Of a stretch of DNA of 62,562 nt, positions 48,130 through 61,137 are shown piece by piece. Below the pieces are notes generated by a model that was not told the origin of the DNA, did no database searches, and saw only the letters and a list, made by a program, of their open reading frames with translations. Each line of letters begins with the position of its first letter. Position 1 is the first letter of the stretch. Source of the stretch: Phoronis australis. Taxonomy: Eukaryota > Animalia > Phoronida. Position numbers and translations under genes: made by a program. Location: positions 1 to 62,562 of the forward strand of contig NMRA01000500.1 of the NCBI GenBank assembly GCA_002633005.1. The letters are read 5' to 3'.

Positions 48130-49425
48130 GTAAGTATGGTGCCTTGTGAATTGTGTTTTTGGGTGTACTCACATTCTGCGATTCTCGGTATAGTTAGGTT
48201 ACACGATGCCATAACCTCTGTCATGTAAGGTGCTCAACAGAGTTGTCATCTTCCAAGTCAACAGGGTCATGATACTAGGAAAGAAGTAACAGGATACATG
48301 TGTCAAAAATAACTGTCACATAACTCAGAAGTTTGTAAAATTAATGGTCTTCACGTATTAGTTGTGAGAGCCTAGCTTTTGGGCCCACAGACAGTGAATT
48401 GAACCATCCAGTAGACAACCTGCAAAAGTTGCATCATTATGATTTTTGTATGTTGCAATCTTAGATACCTTGGTTAATATGTACAGTCTTTTTCTTTTTT
48501 TGTTTATGTCAGCTCACAATATATTGGTAAATCGAAGATCAGCCCCTTTTTAGTTTTGTTTTTGAAAACACAATTGTGGAGAAGATATAAAATGTCAAGT
48601 GGTATTAAATGAGAATAGTGCAGATGGAGATAATAAACAAAGATTATATAACATGTGAAGGTGTGTGGAAATATGCACAACATTACAAATATAAGATAAG
48701 ATACGACATGGCAACACTAAACCACTGAGCATAGAGAGATAGAGATAGGGAACTATGGGTAATGGGATGATGGGATGGAGGTCTGGTTGGGAAGGTGTTG
48801 GCAGAACTGCAATATAGGAGAAAGTGTGGAGGATTACAGCATGTTGTTTGGAGACAACAAAGACGTGATATAATATTCACGTCATGGGAATACCATTTAC
48901 AGACCTTGCTACACCAAGACTAGGTTGTAAGAAACAAATTGAGACTAATGTCTCAATGGTTAAAATGGGATCCCACTAAAATTGTTTTTTGTGCCTTATA
49001 CACTAACATTGAAAAGCTTCCAATTAACAGTGAAATGGCCAATATGAAGGTGGTATAAAAGTTCATTTATTTTGACAAAGGAAAACTTTGCAGAATGATG
49101 AATTATAGAATATTAAATGTATAATAAATATAGAATAGGCCTTCATTCCAAGACTATGACTCATGAAACCGTAAAAGTGGTTAACAATCTACAGGTGGTG
49201 ACTGCGTCTGCTTACATAACACATTCATTTTGTAATTTGTATCCAAGATTTTTTAACATTCTTCAGCTGGTAAACATCAACATGCCTGTTGTCAATATTG
49301 TTTGTGCATTATGCCTGTTGTCACTATTTATTGATAGTTCATTGTATCGTTTATCCATGGCTGGAATAATGCTGAGCATTTGGAACATCTCCTCCTTTGC
49401 AACATCTCTTCCTTTTTTCACTCAG

Positions 49426-49584
49426 GAAATTGCAGTGCGGGTACCTTCAAGAACAGCAGCAATGTGTGTCAACAGTGTCCAGTAGGTGAATATCAAGATC
49501 AGAAATGGCAGACCAACTGTACCTCATGCCCTGTAGACAAAAGCACACGAGGTTTGGGATCAGCTAGTGTCAGTGATTGTATTT
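49426..49584 (+). CDS. Exon 25, GCC2/GCC3 repeat 7
   Basis: NCSAGTFKNSSNVCQQCPVGEYQDQKWQTNCTSCP...SDCI; phase 1-1. Confidence 0.93.
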
Positions 49585-50072
49585 GTAAGTAGTTTTTGAT
49601 TTTCCATTGACTATTCATTATTCATTCACTGCTGCCTTTCCCTGAGGTGTTTGAGGGTCATCAGCTGACTATTATTTTGGTCTACCCAAGTCGGTGTCTG
49701 AAATGACGTGAATAATTCGCTTGCAATGAAAATATGCATTTCTAAAGATAGGTGGGAATTTACATCACTGGTTCTTCACCTGTGCTCTGAGCAGCTTTAA
49801 CCAGGAACAAAGAGTGCACGTTTCCAGAGTCAGACACAGTTGTGATGACTGCATTGTCCGGTGCGACCAAGACCCAATTAAGCGGCCATCAACTGTAGTA
49901 AACATTTCTGCCTGTACATGCTGGCAAATTTTCAAAATCCATAAACCAATCATTTTTGTTACAAGTAAACGTCGTTACAGCAACATTCAGCTATAAAAAG
50001 CAAAACATGATTTTTGAGTTTAAAAATAGAATTAATGAGCTAAAATGGCAAACGTTGGATACAGGTTAGATA

Positions 50073-50319
50073 GAAACGACGTTGCGGGGATTTACAAACG
50101 ACCTTGCGGGGATTTACAAACGACCTTGCGGGGATTTACAAACGACTTTGCGGGGATTTACAAACGATCTTGTGAGGATTTACAAACGACCTTGCGAGGA
50201 TTTACAAACGACTTTGTGAGGATTTACAAATGACCTTGCGAGGATTTACTAACGACCTTGCGGGGATTTGCAAACGACCTTTTGGGGATTTACAAACGAC
50301 CTTGCGGGGATTTGCAAAC
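50073..50319. repeat. 22-bp minisatellite, about 11 copies
   Basis: aaacgaccttgcggggatttac. Confidence 0.92.
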
Positions 50320-51447
50320 ACTGATCATAATTGATGATATCTCATGGTTTATTCTTTTAGTATACTACTAAACTACATTAAGACAACAATACTCAGTGAC
50401 CAAATTAGATGTCAATAGCAACAACACAGTGATCAAATTGGATGTCAGTAGCTTTTAAGCCATCACCCTGTCATGTTGAACTATTTTATTTGAGGAGTAA
50501 CACCTAGAAGAAAACTGTGATATTCGCGAGAATGTGCAAAATGACAGTAATCAGCTAGTGATGAAACACGAGTTCTAAAGGCTAAGTCTAGCTTCAGAGT
50601 CAATGAGAATTTAAATTCAATCATGAGAAGAGGTTGGTCAGTGGGTGAGAGCTGACTTCTAAGTTTCACTGTTTTGGCACTTCACAAGCTTAAAAATAAA
50701 ATCAGAAGATGGCATCCTGGTAAGAAACAAAAAGTAGACTGGATTATTTGAAAATAAAATGAGAAAAAATAGTATGAAAAGTGGCCCTTTGTCAAGATGA
50801 ACCCAAATTTCCATCATGTGTTTAGTTATTTTGCAATATTTGAATATACCAAATCAAAACTGTACTTTAGGTTGTACCTGTACAGTGCCAGAAAAAAACA
50901 ATTTCGGTGTAATGAGCACCATCACTGCTGAGAAAGTGCGGCTCCCTATTACCTTTCTGTTTCAATAGCTAAATACAATGGGCGTGCTAAATACAATGGG
51001 CGTGCTAAATACAATGGGCTAAATAGTGGGCGTGCTGAATAGGCACTATAAAAGTTGTCTGAGGCCAAATGGAATCTCAGTGGTGACCAGTATAAGCAAG
51101 AAAATTTCTAAAATTACTATTACCTGGAAATGAGTCACATGTTTCATCATTGTTACCTTCAAGACTGTTTTTACGTACTCATGAGCTGCCGTTGACTTTC
51201 ACAAGATTGAGTCATTGGTGTGTTATAGTGTAGCATACCAGTGATTTGTACACAAACTCTCACAGAATCAGTAATGGACCTTTCAGTGTTCACATTGTTT
51301 CCATTGAGTTTGAATTTATAATTGTGGAGAACATTGTTGTCCCAAAGTGATGACATCATTGTTTGTATAATTAGTTATGACTAGTCTGTTACAAGTAATA
51401 TGCATTAACTTCCTGTATCATGTGTTGTTTGGTACCAATTATTGTAG

Positions 51448-51612
51448 GGCATTGTCCCATGGGTAAAGAACAGCGAGACAACACTGACAATTGTACTGAA
51501 TGTCAGCGTGGCTATTTCAAGGATACAGTGGGAGTTGACTACTGTAAGCTGTGTCCTGTTGACTTTATCACTGAGACAACTGGTGCAGTCAACGATACAT
51601 ACTGCAGTGTTC
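51448..51612 (+). CDS. Exon 26, GCC2/GCC3 repeat 8
   Basis: HCPMGKEQRDNTDNCTECQRGYFKDTVGVDYCKLCPVDFIT...YCSV; phase 1-1. Confidence 0.93.
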
Positions 51613-51703
51613 GTAAGTATTTTCAAATCAATCACTGATCAGTACCTAGTTGTTTTACTGAATAGCAAAGGTATCCTGAGGGAGTTGAGTCTGCTACAGT
51701 GTG

Positions 51704-51978
51704 TCCAGTAGACATCATCATTATGACAACACTGGGGTGCCATCCAATAGACATCATTGTTATGACAACATTGGAGTGCCATCCAGTAGACATCGTCATT
51801 ATGGCAACACTGGGGTGCCATCCAGTAGACATCATTGTTATGACAACACTGGGGTGCCATCCAGTAGACATCATTGTTATGACAACACTGGGGTGCCATC
51901 CAGTAGACATCATCATTATGACAACACTGGGGTGCCATCCAATAGACATCATTGTTATGACAACACTGGGGTGCCATC
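51704..51978. repeat. 39-bp minisatellite, 7 copies
   Basis: tccagtagacatcattgttatgacaacactggggtgcca. Confidence 0.95.
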
Positions 51979-52359
51979 AACTCATTAGACATGTGTTGTG
52001 TTGCATGGAGTTTTTACACCTCACTCAGTATAAGTTCGGTAGCTGAGCCCTTTGTTAACACAAACTTAAATTGGAACCATAGTTCTGTTGGACAGCTTGA
52101 TGTACACTCACTCATACTTTTTTTCTGCAATTTTGGTCCTTCCACGGTGCAATTGCAAACAAGCAAGTTAAAATTGTAGCTATATTTCAAGAGCACTTGT
52201 GTCATCCTCAGGCAAATTAGTAAAATGAACGTGTTGAAAGTGAAAAGTGAGAGCTGGTGGAATGGCAGAAATGTAACACACGCTAGGAAGCCTACAAGCC
52301 TAACAGACCACAGCCAGAATGCAATGAACTCCTGTTAGCTGCTCATTCAACAGTTTTTT

Positions 52360-53090
52360 ATGATCGATCAATAATTTTTTACTGAATTGGGCCATTTTCT
52401 ATGTAACGAATAGTGGGTTCTTGAATGGACCCGCCCTGCAAATATATGAAAACCGTTGAGAAAAGAAACATGCCGTGTTCCAATATAGCGCTGCACATGA
52501 CATCCACACAACATGTCAATGGACTGCAATCTTTCCCGACTAGGGTTATTTTTCATGACAATGTTACATGACTTTCTTTATGTTCTGGTAGTAAATAATT
52601 AGGTTCAATCTGTCACTTTGTTCTACGAGTTTGATTGTCTCAGACAATCTTCATAATCACACATTAGTCACTCACATAAATCATGAGACAGTTCTCATAA
52701 TGCAGAATTCTTCAGCGGTTCAAAATCAACACGAGAGTCAGGTCTAGATATGAAGGACCTAACGTGGTTATCAACAAATAAGTACAGTAACTGTATTTAC
52801 CATTATTAACTACAACTTGTTTTATGCATTGGACCTCAACCATGAATGCATTGCAATCAGATGATACCTGGTGCTCCCTCTTCAGGTAACTAGTCAAAAC
52901 CACTAGTTGGATGCGTTCAGGGCAGTCACTGTTGGGATGCAGACAGCAATATCTGGGTTTTTGATAAACTGAATTACGAGACCTATTGTCAAAATGATGA
53001 ACAAGGACATCAAGAAATAGCAACTTTTCACAGACAGAAAATTCATACTAAGTCATGAACTTATTACAGAACTGGGTTCAAAAGTACTTC
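52360..53090 (-). mobile_element. Penelope-like RT/endonuclease relic of a second family; duplicated at about 56650-57375
   Basis: KL(P/L)FLDVLV..SVYQKP..CLHPNSDCPERI..LKR..IKQVVVNNG, then a downstream RYIG. Confidence 0.65.
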
Positions 53091-53116
53091 AGCAGTGTTC
53101 CACAGAGCAAGAAAAG

Positions 53117-53519
53117 TGAGATCACGCTAGTCTTTGCAAGATATCACCATTCATTACAAGCAAGGTCACGCTATAGTCTTTGCAAGATATCACCATTCAT
53201 TACAAGCGAGATTATGCTAGTCTTTGTAAGATATCACCATTCATTACAAGCGAGATTACGCTAGTCTTTGCAAAATATCACCATTCATTACAAGCGAGAT
53301 TACGCTAGTCTTTGCAAGATATCACCATTCATTACAAGCGAAATCATGCTATAGTCTTTGCAAGATATCACCATTCATTACAAGCGAGATTATGCTAGTC
53401 TTTGTAAGATATCACCATTCATTACAAGCGAGATTATGCTAGTCTTTGCAAGATATCACCATTCATTACAAGCGAGATTACGCTAGTCTTTGCAAGATAT
53501 CACCATTCATTACTAGCAA
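53117..53519. repeat. 44/46-bp minisatellite, about 9 copies (about 17 in the second copy at 57404-57621 plus 59367-59913)
   Basis: agtctttgcaagatatcaccattcattacaagcgagattacgct. Confidence 0.93.
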
Positions 53520-54360
53520 AGCATGTGACTTGTGACCATCTGGGTAATGTGCCCCAAGTAACAGTTGAATGATTTTCAGTTCCTTTTATCACCTCCAGCT
53601 TGTAATGAATTCATATTTTGCAGAAGGTATAAATTATGCAAATGTTGAAATATCCTCCAGTGTAAAAAAATTTGTTTCTTTTTCCTATAATTGTACTTCT
53701 GTCGCCGGATTGATATACTAGGGTAACAGGAATTTTGTGTTGTTTTTGTACTTAATTGTAATGGTTGTGACCTATTTAAATTGATGTGAATTGCCTGCAT
53801 TTTTGCTCAACATTAAAGTGGCCATAAATCTGTGTTAAAACAAAAAAGTGAACTTTTTGATTTAGACCACTTACTACAGTAAAGATGATCTCAACTTGAT
53901 GATAAGTGATTTCTGGGCTTGCATTGATCTAACAGTTACTAGTTAGTCCTTGAGAGGGTGTTCAATATGTAACGTGACAGGCATCACAACTAACCAACCT
54001 GATCTCAAGTAATAACAAATTGTCGGTTCTTGCAAGTAGCCAATGGCGTTAACTTTCTTCTAAGTTGGGTTAGAAGTATGAGATGTATAGCTTCATCAAA
54101 AAATTCAGTTCTNNNNNNNNNNNNNNNNNNNNNNNNNNNNNNNNNNNNNNNNNNNNNNNNNNNNNNNNNNNNNNNNNNNNNNNNNNNNNNNNNNNNNNNN
54201 NNNNNNNNNNNNNNNNNNNNNNNNNNNNNNNNNNNNNNNNNNNNNNNNNNNNNNNNNNNNNNNNNNNNNNNNNNNNNNNNNNNNNNNNNNNNNNNNNNNN
54301 NNNNNNNNNNNNNNNNNNNNNNNNNNNNNNNNNNNNNNNNNNNNNNNNNNNNNNNNNNNN

Positions 54361-54410
<50 letters not shown>
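54361..54410. repeat. (TG)n microsatellite next to a gap
   Basis: 25 TG units; the corresponding run at about 60512-60529 is much shorter. Confidence 0.95.
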
Positions 54411-54412
<2 letters not shown>

Positions 54413-54854
54413 CATGCTTGTGCATGTGTTAGGGCAGTTTCAAAACGTTTTATGACATTAAATAATGCTCAGTTGAAGAAGGATGGAGTGAAATGTGCAT
54501 GTCTACCTCTGCAGGAATCTAGAAGCTCTTGTATATTGTTTGTAAAATGAATACTCAGGTACTTAGGCTGCCATTTTGGATACATTATAGAGAAAGTTTA
54601 TGTTGGCATACATGGTAATTAATGACGTGTGTAGGGAATATTGAAGATTCCTGTTTCAAAAATCTTTAATCATTGGTGTGACTTGGCTTGGAAATTGATA
54701 GCTTCAATCTCGGTTCAGGAGGTAGCTTAAATATTACTATGAAGTAGGTCCACATCTATTGAATAGGTGTGTATTACCCCTTAAAAATTATTTATTTATA
54801 AATTTGATGTATCTCTATGTTTCTTGGTATAAAACATTGTGCTGTACGTTGCAG

Positions 54855-55013
54855 GCAACTGCACTGCTGGATACCATGCACCATCAGGCAAGACGTGTAT
54901 ACCATGTGAAGTGGGAAAATATCAACCAGAGAAGTGGCAGACTTCTTGCAAGGATTGTGATAGGGGATACACCACTAAGGCAGAGGCGCAAACTAATGAG
55001 ACCAGCTGTATAC
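54855..55013 (+). CDS. Exon 27, GCC2/GCC3 repeat 9 (copy A)
   Basis: NCTAGYHAPSGKTCIPCEVGKYQPEKWQTSCKDC...TSCI; phase 1-1. Confidence 0.9.
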
Positions 55014-55840
55014 GTAAGTAATATTGAACGGGGGGAGAGCAATCATGACTAATGAGGTTAGTGAAAAAGTGCACATCATTAGAATCATGTTTTGAAGAAC
55101 ACATTGACAGGGTGAGGTTTTGAGATATCTGGTACACATGCAGCCTTAGGGGCTCTTTTGAAATCCCATGTTGAGGTTCCAGCGATGCCCCTCCTTGGAT
55201 TGAACGCCACTTGGGTAGATTCATAGCAATTCATAGTAATTTGGAAGGTCATTTTTCTTTATTCTGTTATTTTCATACCATGTGTTTTGATATTAAACAT
55301 GATTACATAATTTACGCAATTGGAAAATTTTGCATAGCATTATTGATTGAGCACAGGCCACCTTTCAGCTGATAAGGGACCATGTTAACTTTTGAGTACC
55401 TAGCTTATTGCTGCTAGAATATTTCATTAAGTCAAAGTATGCTCCTGTGGTACACAGTATGGTGATTGTTCATTTATTTTGCATGAACATAATTGTCTAA
55501 ATTGCCATTTCCCCATTTTTGAGGGGCAATTACCTTATGGCAAATAATGAAATTTTTGCCTAAAGAATTGTTTTATTACATCTGCACAATACAAGCCAAG
55601 CTGTTAATAAATAAAATTTTCTTTATCTTAATTTGTTTACTAAAGTTCGCGAAAGAAATGACTAGTAAAATTTCACTTGTCCACCATAGTTTGTGCAAAA
55701 TAGGTGAAAATTGTTGCAAATCTTTTTACAAGCTGCTAGATCTGTTAATAACCCACATTTCAGTTGCATCGCTAAGTGACATCTTTAATTTAAACTCCTT
55801 ACTCTTTAAAGTATGTAAGACAAAGTCAATTGTTCTTCAG

Positions 55841-56011
55841 TGGACTGTCCAGCTGGTGAGCAGGTGAACCCCAGTGATCCGACCCAATGCATCAAGTGTA
55901 GTCAAGGCTTCTATCGGAACAAGACAGAGTCCTTCAGCTGTGAACCGTGTCCAACTAATCGCACAACACCACCGAATGGTGGTTATGTGTCAAGTGAAGA
56001 CTGCACATGGG
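55841..56011 (+). CDS. Exon 28, GCC2/GCC3 repeat 10 (copy A)
   Basis: DCPAGEQVNPSDPTQCIKCSQGFYRNKTESFSCEPCP...EDCTW; phase 1-1. Confidence 0.9.
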
Positions 56012-57621
56012 GTGAGCATACTGTCATCTGCTTTTTCAGCCTTTCCACTAGGCCACATGACATAAATTTTGACTTCTGAGTGGAATAAGAAATGTGAGTG
56101 TGAGTTTGGGTTGCTGTCTTTCATGTAATTCCTTGCTTATACCAGTTCTGTAGGATTGGTTGATGGTTATTTATCCCATCAGTTGCAAGAAATGGTGTTG
56201 GATAGATTTTAAATGGGATGCAAATACAGCCTTTATGTGATGCCTGTATGGGATACAAATACATCCTTGATGTGATGCCTGTATGGGATACAAATACATC
56301 CTTTATGTGATGCCTGTATGGGATACAAATNGCCCTTTGTTAACACAAACTTAAATTGGAACCATAGTTCTGTTGGACAGCTTGATGTACACTCACTCAT
56401 ACTTTTTGTCTGCAATTTTGGTCCTTCCACGGTGCAATTGCAAACAAGCAAGTTAAAATTGTAGCTATATTTCAAGAGCACTTGTGTCATCCTCAGGCAC
56501 ATTAGTAAAATGAACGTGTTGAAAGTGAAAAGTGAGAGCTGGTGGAATGGCAGAAATGTAACACGCGCTAGGAAGCCTACAAGCCTAACAGACCACAGCC
56601 AGAATGCAATAAACTCCTGTTAGCTGCTCATTCAACACAGTTTTTTACGATCGATCAATAATTTTTTACTGAATTGGGCCATTTTCTATGTAACGAATAG
56701 TGGGTTCTTGAATGGACCCGCTCTGCAAATATATGAAAACTGTTGAGAAAAGAAACATGCCGTGTTCCACTATAGCGCTGCACATGGCATCCACACAACA
56801 TGTCAATGGACTGCAATCTTTCCCGACTAGGGTTATTTTTCATGACAAAGTTACATGACTTTCTTTATGTTCTGGTAGTAAATCACTAGGTTCAATCTGT
56901 CACTTTGTTCTACGAGTTTGATTGTCTCAGACAATCTTCATAATCACACATTAGTCACTCACATAAATCATGAGACAGTTCTCATAATGCAGAATTCTTC
57001 AGTGGTTCAAAATCAACATGAGAGTCAGGTCTTGATATGAAGGACCTAACGTGGTTATCAACAAATAAGTACAGTAACTGTATTTACCATTATTAACTAC
57101 AACTTGTTTTATGCATTGGACTTCAACCATGAATGCATTGCAATCAGATGATACCTGGTGCTCCCTCTTCAGGTAACTAGTCAAAACCACTAGTTTGATG
57201 CGTTCAGGGCAGTCACTGTTGGGATGCAGACACCAATATCTAGGTTTTTGATAAACTGAATTACGAGACCTATTGTCAAAATGATGAACAAGGACATCAA
57301 GAAATGGCAACTTTTCACAGACAGAAAATTCATACGAAGTCATGAACTTATTACAGAACTGGGTTCAAAAGTACTTCAGCAGTGTTCCACAGAGCAAGAA
57401 AAGTGAGATCACGCTACTCTTTGCAAGATATCACCATTCATTACAAGCAAGATCACGCTATAGTCTTTGCTAGATATCACCATTCATTACAAGCGAGATT
57501 ATGCTAGTCTTTGTAAGATATCACCATTCATTACAAGCGAGATTACGCTAGTCTTTGTAAGATATCACCATTCATTACAAGCGAGATTACGCTAGTTTTT
57601 GCAAGATATCACCATTCATTA

Positions 57622-59366
57622 CATGTAGTGAACACATCCACTAGCACAAGAAACTGTAGGAACACAGCATTTATCCACCTTCAGTCTTATCAGGCTTCTA
57701 TTGTGAGTCAGCATGCGTGAATAATTGGCTGATAAGCCACCTCTAGAACTACTTTTGGCTGAATGGATGACCAGGCCATAAAATGATAATTAGCCAAGAC
57801 CAGTTACTAATGCAACAAAGAATAATGTCATAGCATCACCTAGCCTTGGTGGAAAGCTGTATACTGAATTGCCTCTGATAAAGGCTTAGAAAAATTCATT
57901 TCACGGGGAGGGAATTCTTATTGTAGCATACGGCAGTTGAAAGCCGGTTTCCCAAACGGGTAAAGTCGGAAGCTAGGATTCATAAAATTTACGCTCTGTG
58001 ATGTATTTTTAGCCTATGACAGTCTTTCTACAAAATTGTGGTGCATTGCTATGAACTTCTGTTGTTAAATTACGATAAGTTTTCAAAAAATTGTGCTCAT
58101 CACAGGGCGAAAACTTGCCGACTGATGCGTCGCTGAATCGCCATCGTCAATAGGAAAACTTGAACTCTTGAATAAAAATATAGTTTCGACTCAACAAATT
58201 ACCTGAAATCTTCCTTATGTTCTACAATTTTTAAAGTTCATGTGGAGTCCAGATTAATTGCGATTAAGTGCAAATCTGCGCTACATCGTACCCCACAACA
58301 CGAGAAAAATCTCTGGATGAACACACATGTTGTTGTCACGTGACATTTGTTTTGAAGTTCGTCTGCGTATGAGAGTGAGTGATGGAGCGTGCCTGTGTGG
58401 GTCATCGACGATAGACTTTTTTGTTACAAAAGGCGGAGGATTATGCAGGAAAATGGCGTTTACTAGATTGTTGTTTCATTTAAACGGCTGCAACGTGCAA
58501 GGTGAGTTCTGGTTAACTCACAGATTGTGTGTGCACAGGCCGATGGTCGTTAGCTCTACCGTGGAGTATTAATAGTCCAAGGCTCGATCTACATGTTGGG
58601 GACGAAGTGAACTACCCGGGCTGTGTGAAATTTCTGGGTCTAATGGAGACAATGACGCAGTGGTCAGCCAGCTCGCTGTATCAAGACTATAGTCAAAATC
58701 CAAATTCGTTTTATCGTGTCCCTGTCAATAATAACGGCATGCTAAAGTTTCTTAATTTTCATACTTCAGGAACATAACAATCACGTGTTTTGTGCACATA
58801 CGCGCACGCCGCAGATCACATCTCGTAAATTGCCGATTTGACGGATGACAATGAATGAGCACAATGAAATTAAACAACGTCGTTTTACAGCTTGTAAGAT
58901 TCATAATAAACGTATTTCGAATATTGCAATGCATGTGTTCCAAAATCTAAATAACTTGGGTCCTATATTTTTGTATTCGTGCGCGCCGATTGAAAGTAAT
59001 CGTGAGTGATGCTGTGCTGCAAAATCTCTTATCCTGGGCCGATTTGAAAAATTCAAAGTTGTACTCATATTTGTTTTCGCTCCTCTTTTCAAATATTACA
59101 GTAAAAACTACTTGTAACTCTCTCCATAAAAGTACAGTCTGCTAGGTAGATTGTAATCAGCTGATCATATCCGCATGAGCGAAGCCAATTATCCTTGCTC
59201 ATGACTCGATGAATAGAGCAGCTTGGCGGCATCCCTTTGATCGTGAGCCGAGCGCGACTCAGCCAAGGTGGATAAATACGGTCTAGTTCAATTTTCCATA
59301 CCCCACCGTTTACCTTGACGAGCGGGGTTAGGACCAATCTTATTTAGTGGGACTGTTCATAGCATG
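57622..59366. mobile_element. 1,745-bp TA-flanked insertion with imperfect TIRs; contains a fragment related to the 36833 MITE (about 57865-58390)
   Basis: catgtagtgaacacatccacta ... tagtgggactgttcatagcatg; interrupts a 44-bp minisatellite unit at TA; absent from the other copy of the region. Confidence 0.75.
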
Positions 59367-60978
59367 TACCAGCGAGATTACGCTAGTCTTTGCAAGATAT
59401 CACCATTCATTACAAGCGAGATCACGCTATAATCTTTGCAAGATATCACTATTCATTACAAGTGAGATTATGCTAGTCTTTGTAAGATATCACCATTCAT
59501 TACAAGCGAGATTACGCTAGTCTTTGTAAGATATCACCATTCATTACAAGCGAGATTACGCTAGTCTTTCTAAGATATCACCATTCATTACAAGCGAGAT
59601 TACGCTAGTCTTTGTAAGATATCACCATTCATTACGAGCGAGATTACGCTATAGTTTTTGCAAGATGTCACCATTCATTACAAGCAAAATTACGCTGGTC
59701 TTTCTAAGATATCACCATTCATTACGAGCGAGATTACGCTAGTCTTTGCAAGATATCACCGTTCATTACAGGCGAAATCATGCTATAGTCTTTGCAAGAT
59801 ATCACTATTCATTATAAGCAAGATCACGCTATAGTTTTTGCAAGATATCACCATTCATTACAAGCGAGATCACGCTATAGTGTTTGCAAGATATCACCAT
59901 TCATTACTAGCAAAGTATGTGACTTGTGACCATCTGGGTAATGTGCCCCAAGTAACAGTTGAATGATTTTCATTTCCTTTTATCACCTCCAGCTTGTAAT
60001 GAATTCATATTTTGTAGAAGGTATAAATTATGCAAATGTTGAAATATCCTCCAGTGTAAAAAATTTGTTTCTTTTTCCTATAATTGTACTTCTGTCGCCT
60101 GATTGATATACTAGGGTAACAGGAATTTTGTGTTGTTTTTGTACTTAATTGTAATTGTTATGACCTATTTAAATGTATGTGAATTGCCTGCATTTTTGCT
60201 CAACATTAAAATGGCCATAAATCTGTGTTAAAACAAAAAAGTGAACTTTTTGATTTAGACCACTTACTACAGTAAAGATGATCTCAACTTGATGATAAGT
60301 GATTTCTGGGCTCTCATTGATCTAACAGTTACTAGTGAGGCCTTGAGAGGGTGCTCAATATGTAACGTGACAGACATCACGACTAACCAACCTGATCTCA
60401 AGTAATAACAAATTGTCGGTTCTTGCAAGTGGCCAATGGCCTTAACTTTCTTCTAAGTTGGGTTAGAAGTATGAGATGTATAGCTTCATCAAAAATTCAG
60501 TTCTTGACATATGTGTGTGTGTGTGTGTGGGCATGCTTGTGCATGTGTTAGGGCAGTTTCGAAACGTTTTATGACATTAAATAATGCTCAGTTGAAGAAG
60601 GACGGAGTGAAATGTGCATGTTCTACCTGTGCAGGAATCTAGAAGCTCTTGTATTGTTTGTAAAATGAATCAATACTCAGGTACTTAGGCTGCCATTTTG
60701 GATACATTATAGAGAAAGTTTATGTTGGCATACATGGTAATTAATGAAGTGTGTAGGAAATATTGAAGATTCCTGTTTTAAAAATCTTAAATCATTGGTG
60801 TGACTTGGCTTGGAAATTAATAGCTTCAATCTTGGTTCAGGAGGTAGCTTAAATATTACTATGAAGTAGGTCCACATCTATTGAATAGGTGTTTGTATTA
60901 CCCCTTAAAAATTATTTATTTATAAATTTGATGTATCTCTATGTTTCTTGGTATAAAGCATTGTGCTGTACGTTGCAG

Positions 60979-61137
60979 CCAACTGCACTGCTGGATACTA
61001 TGCATCATCAGGCAAGACGTGTATACCATGTGAAGTGGGAAAATATCAACCAGAGAAGTGGCAGATTTCTTGCGAGGATTGTGATAGTGGATACACCACT
61101 AAGGCAGAGGCGCAGACTAATGAGACCAGCTGTATAC
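60979..61137 (+). CDS. Exon 27 copy B (probable alternate haplotype)
   Basis: 7 substitutions versus 54855-55013; splice sites and Cys residues intact. Confidence 0.75.
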
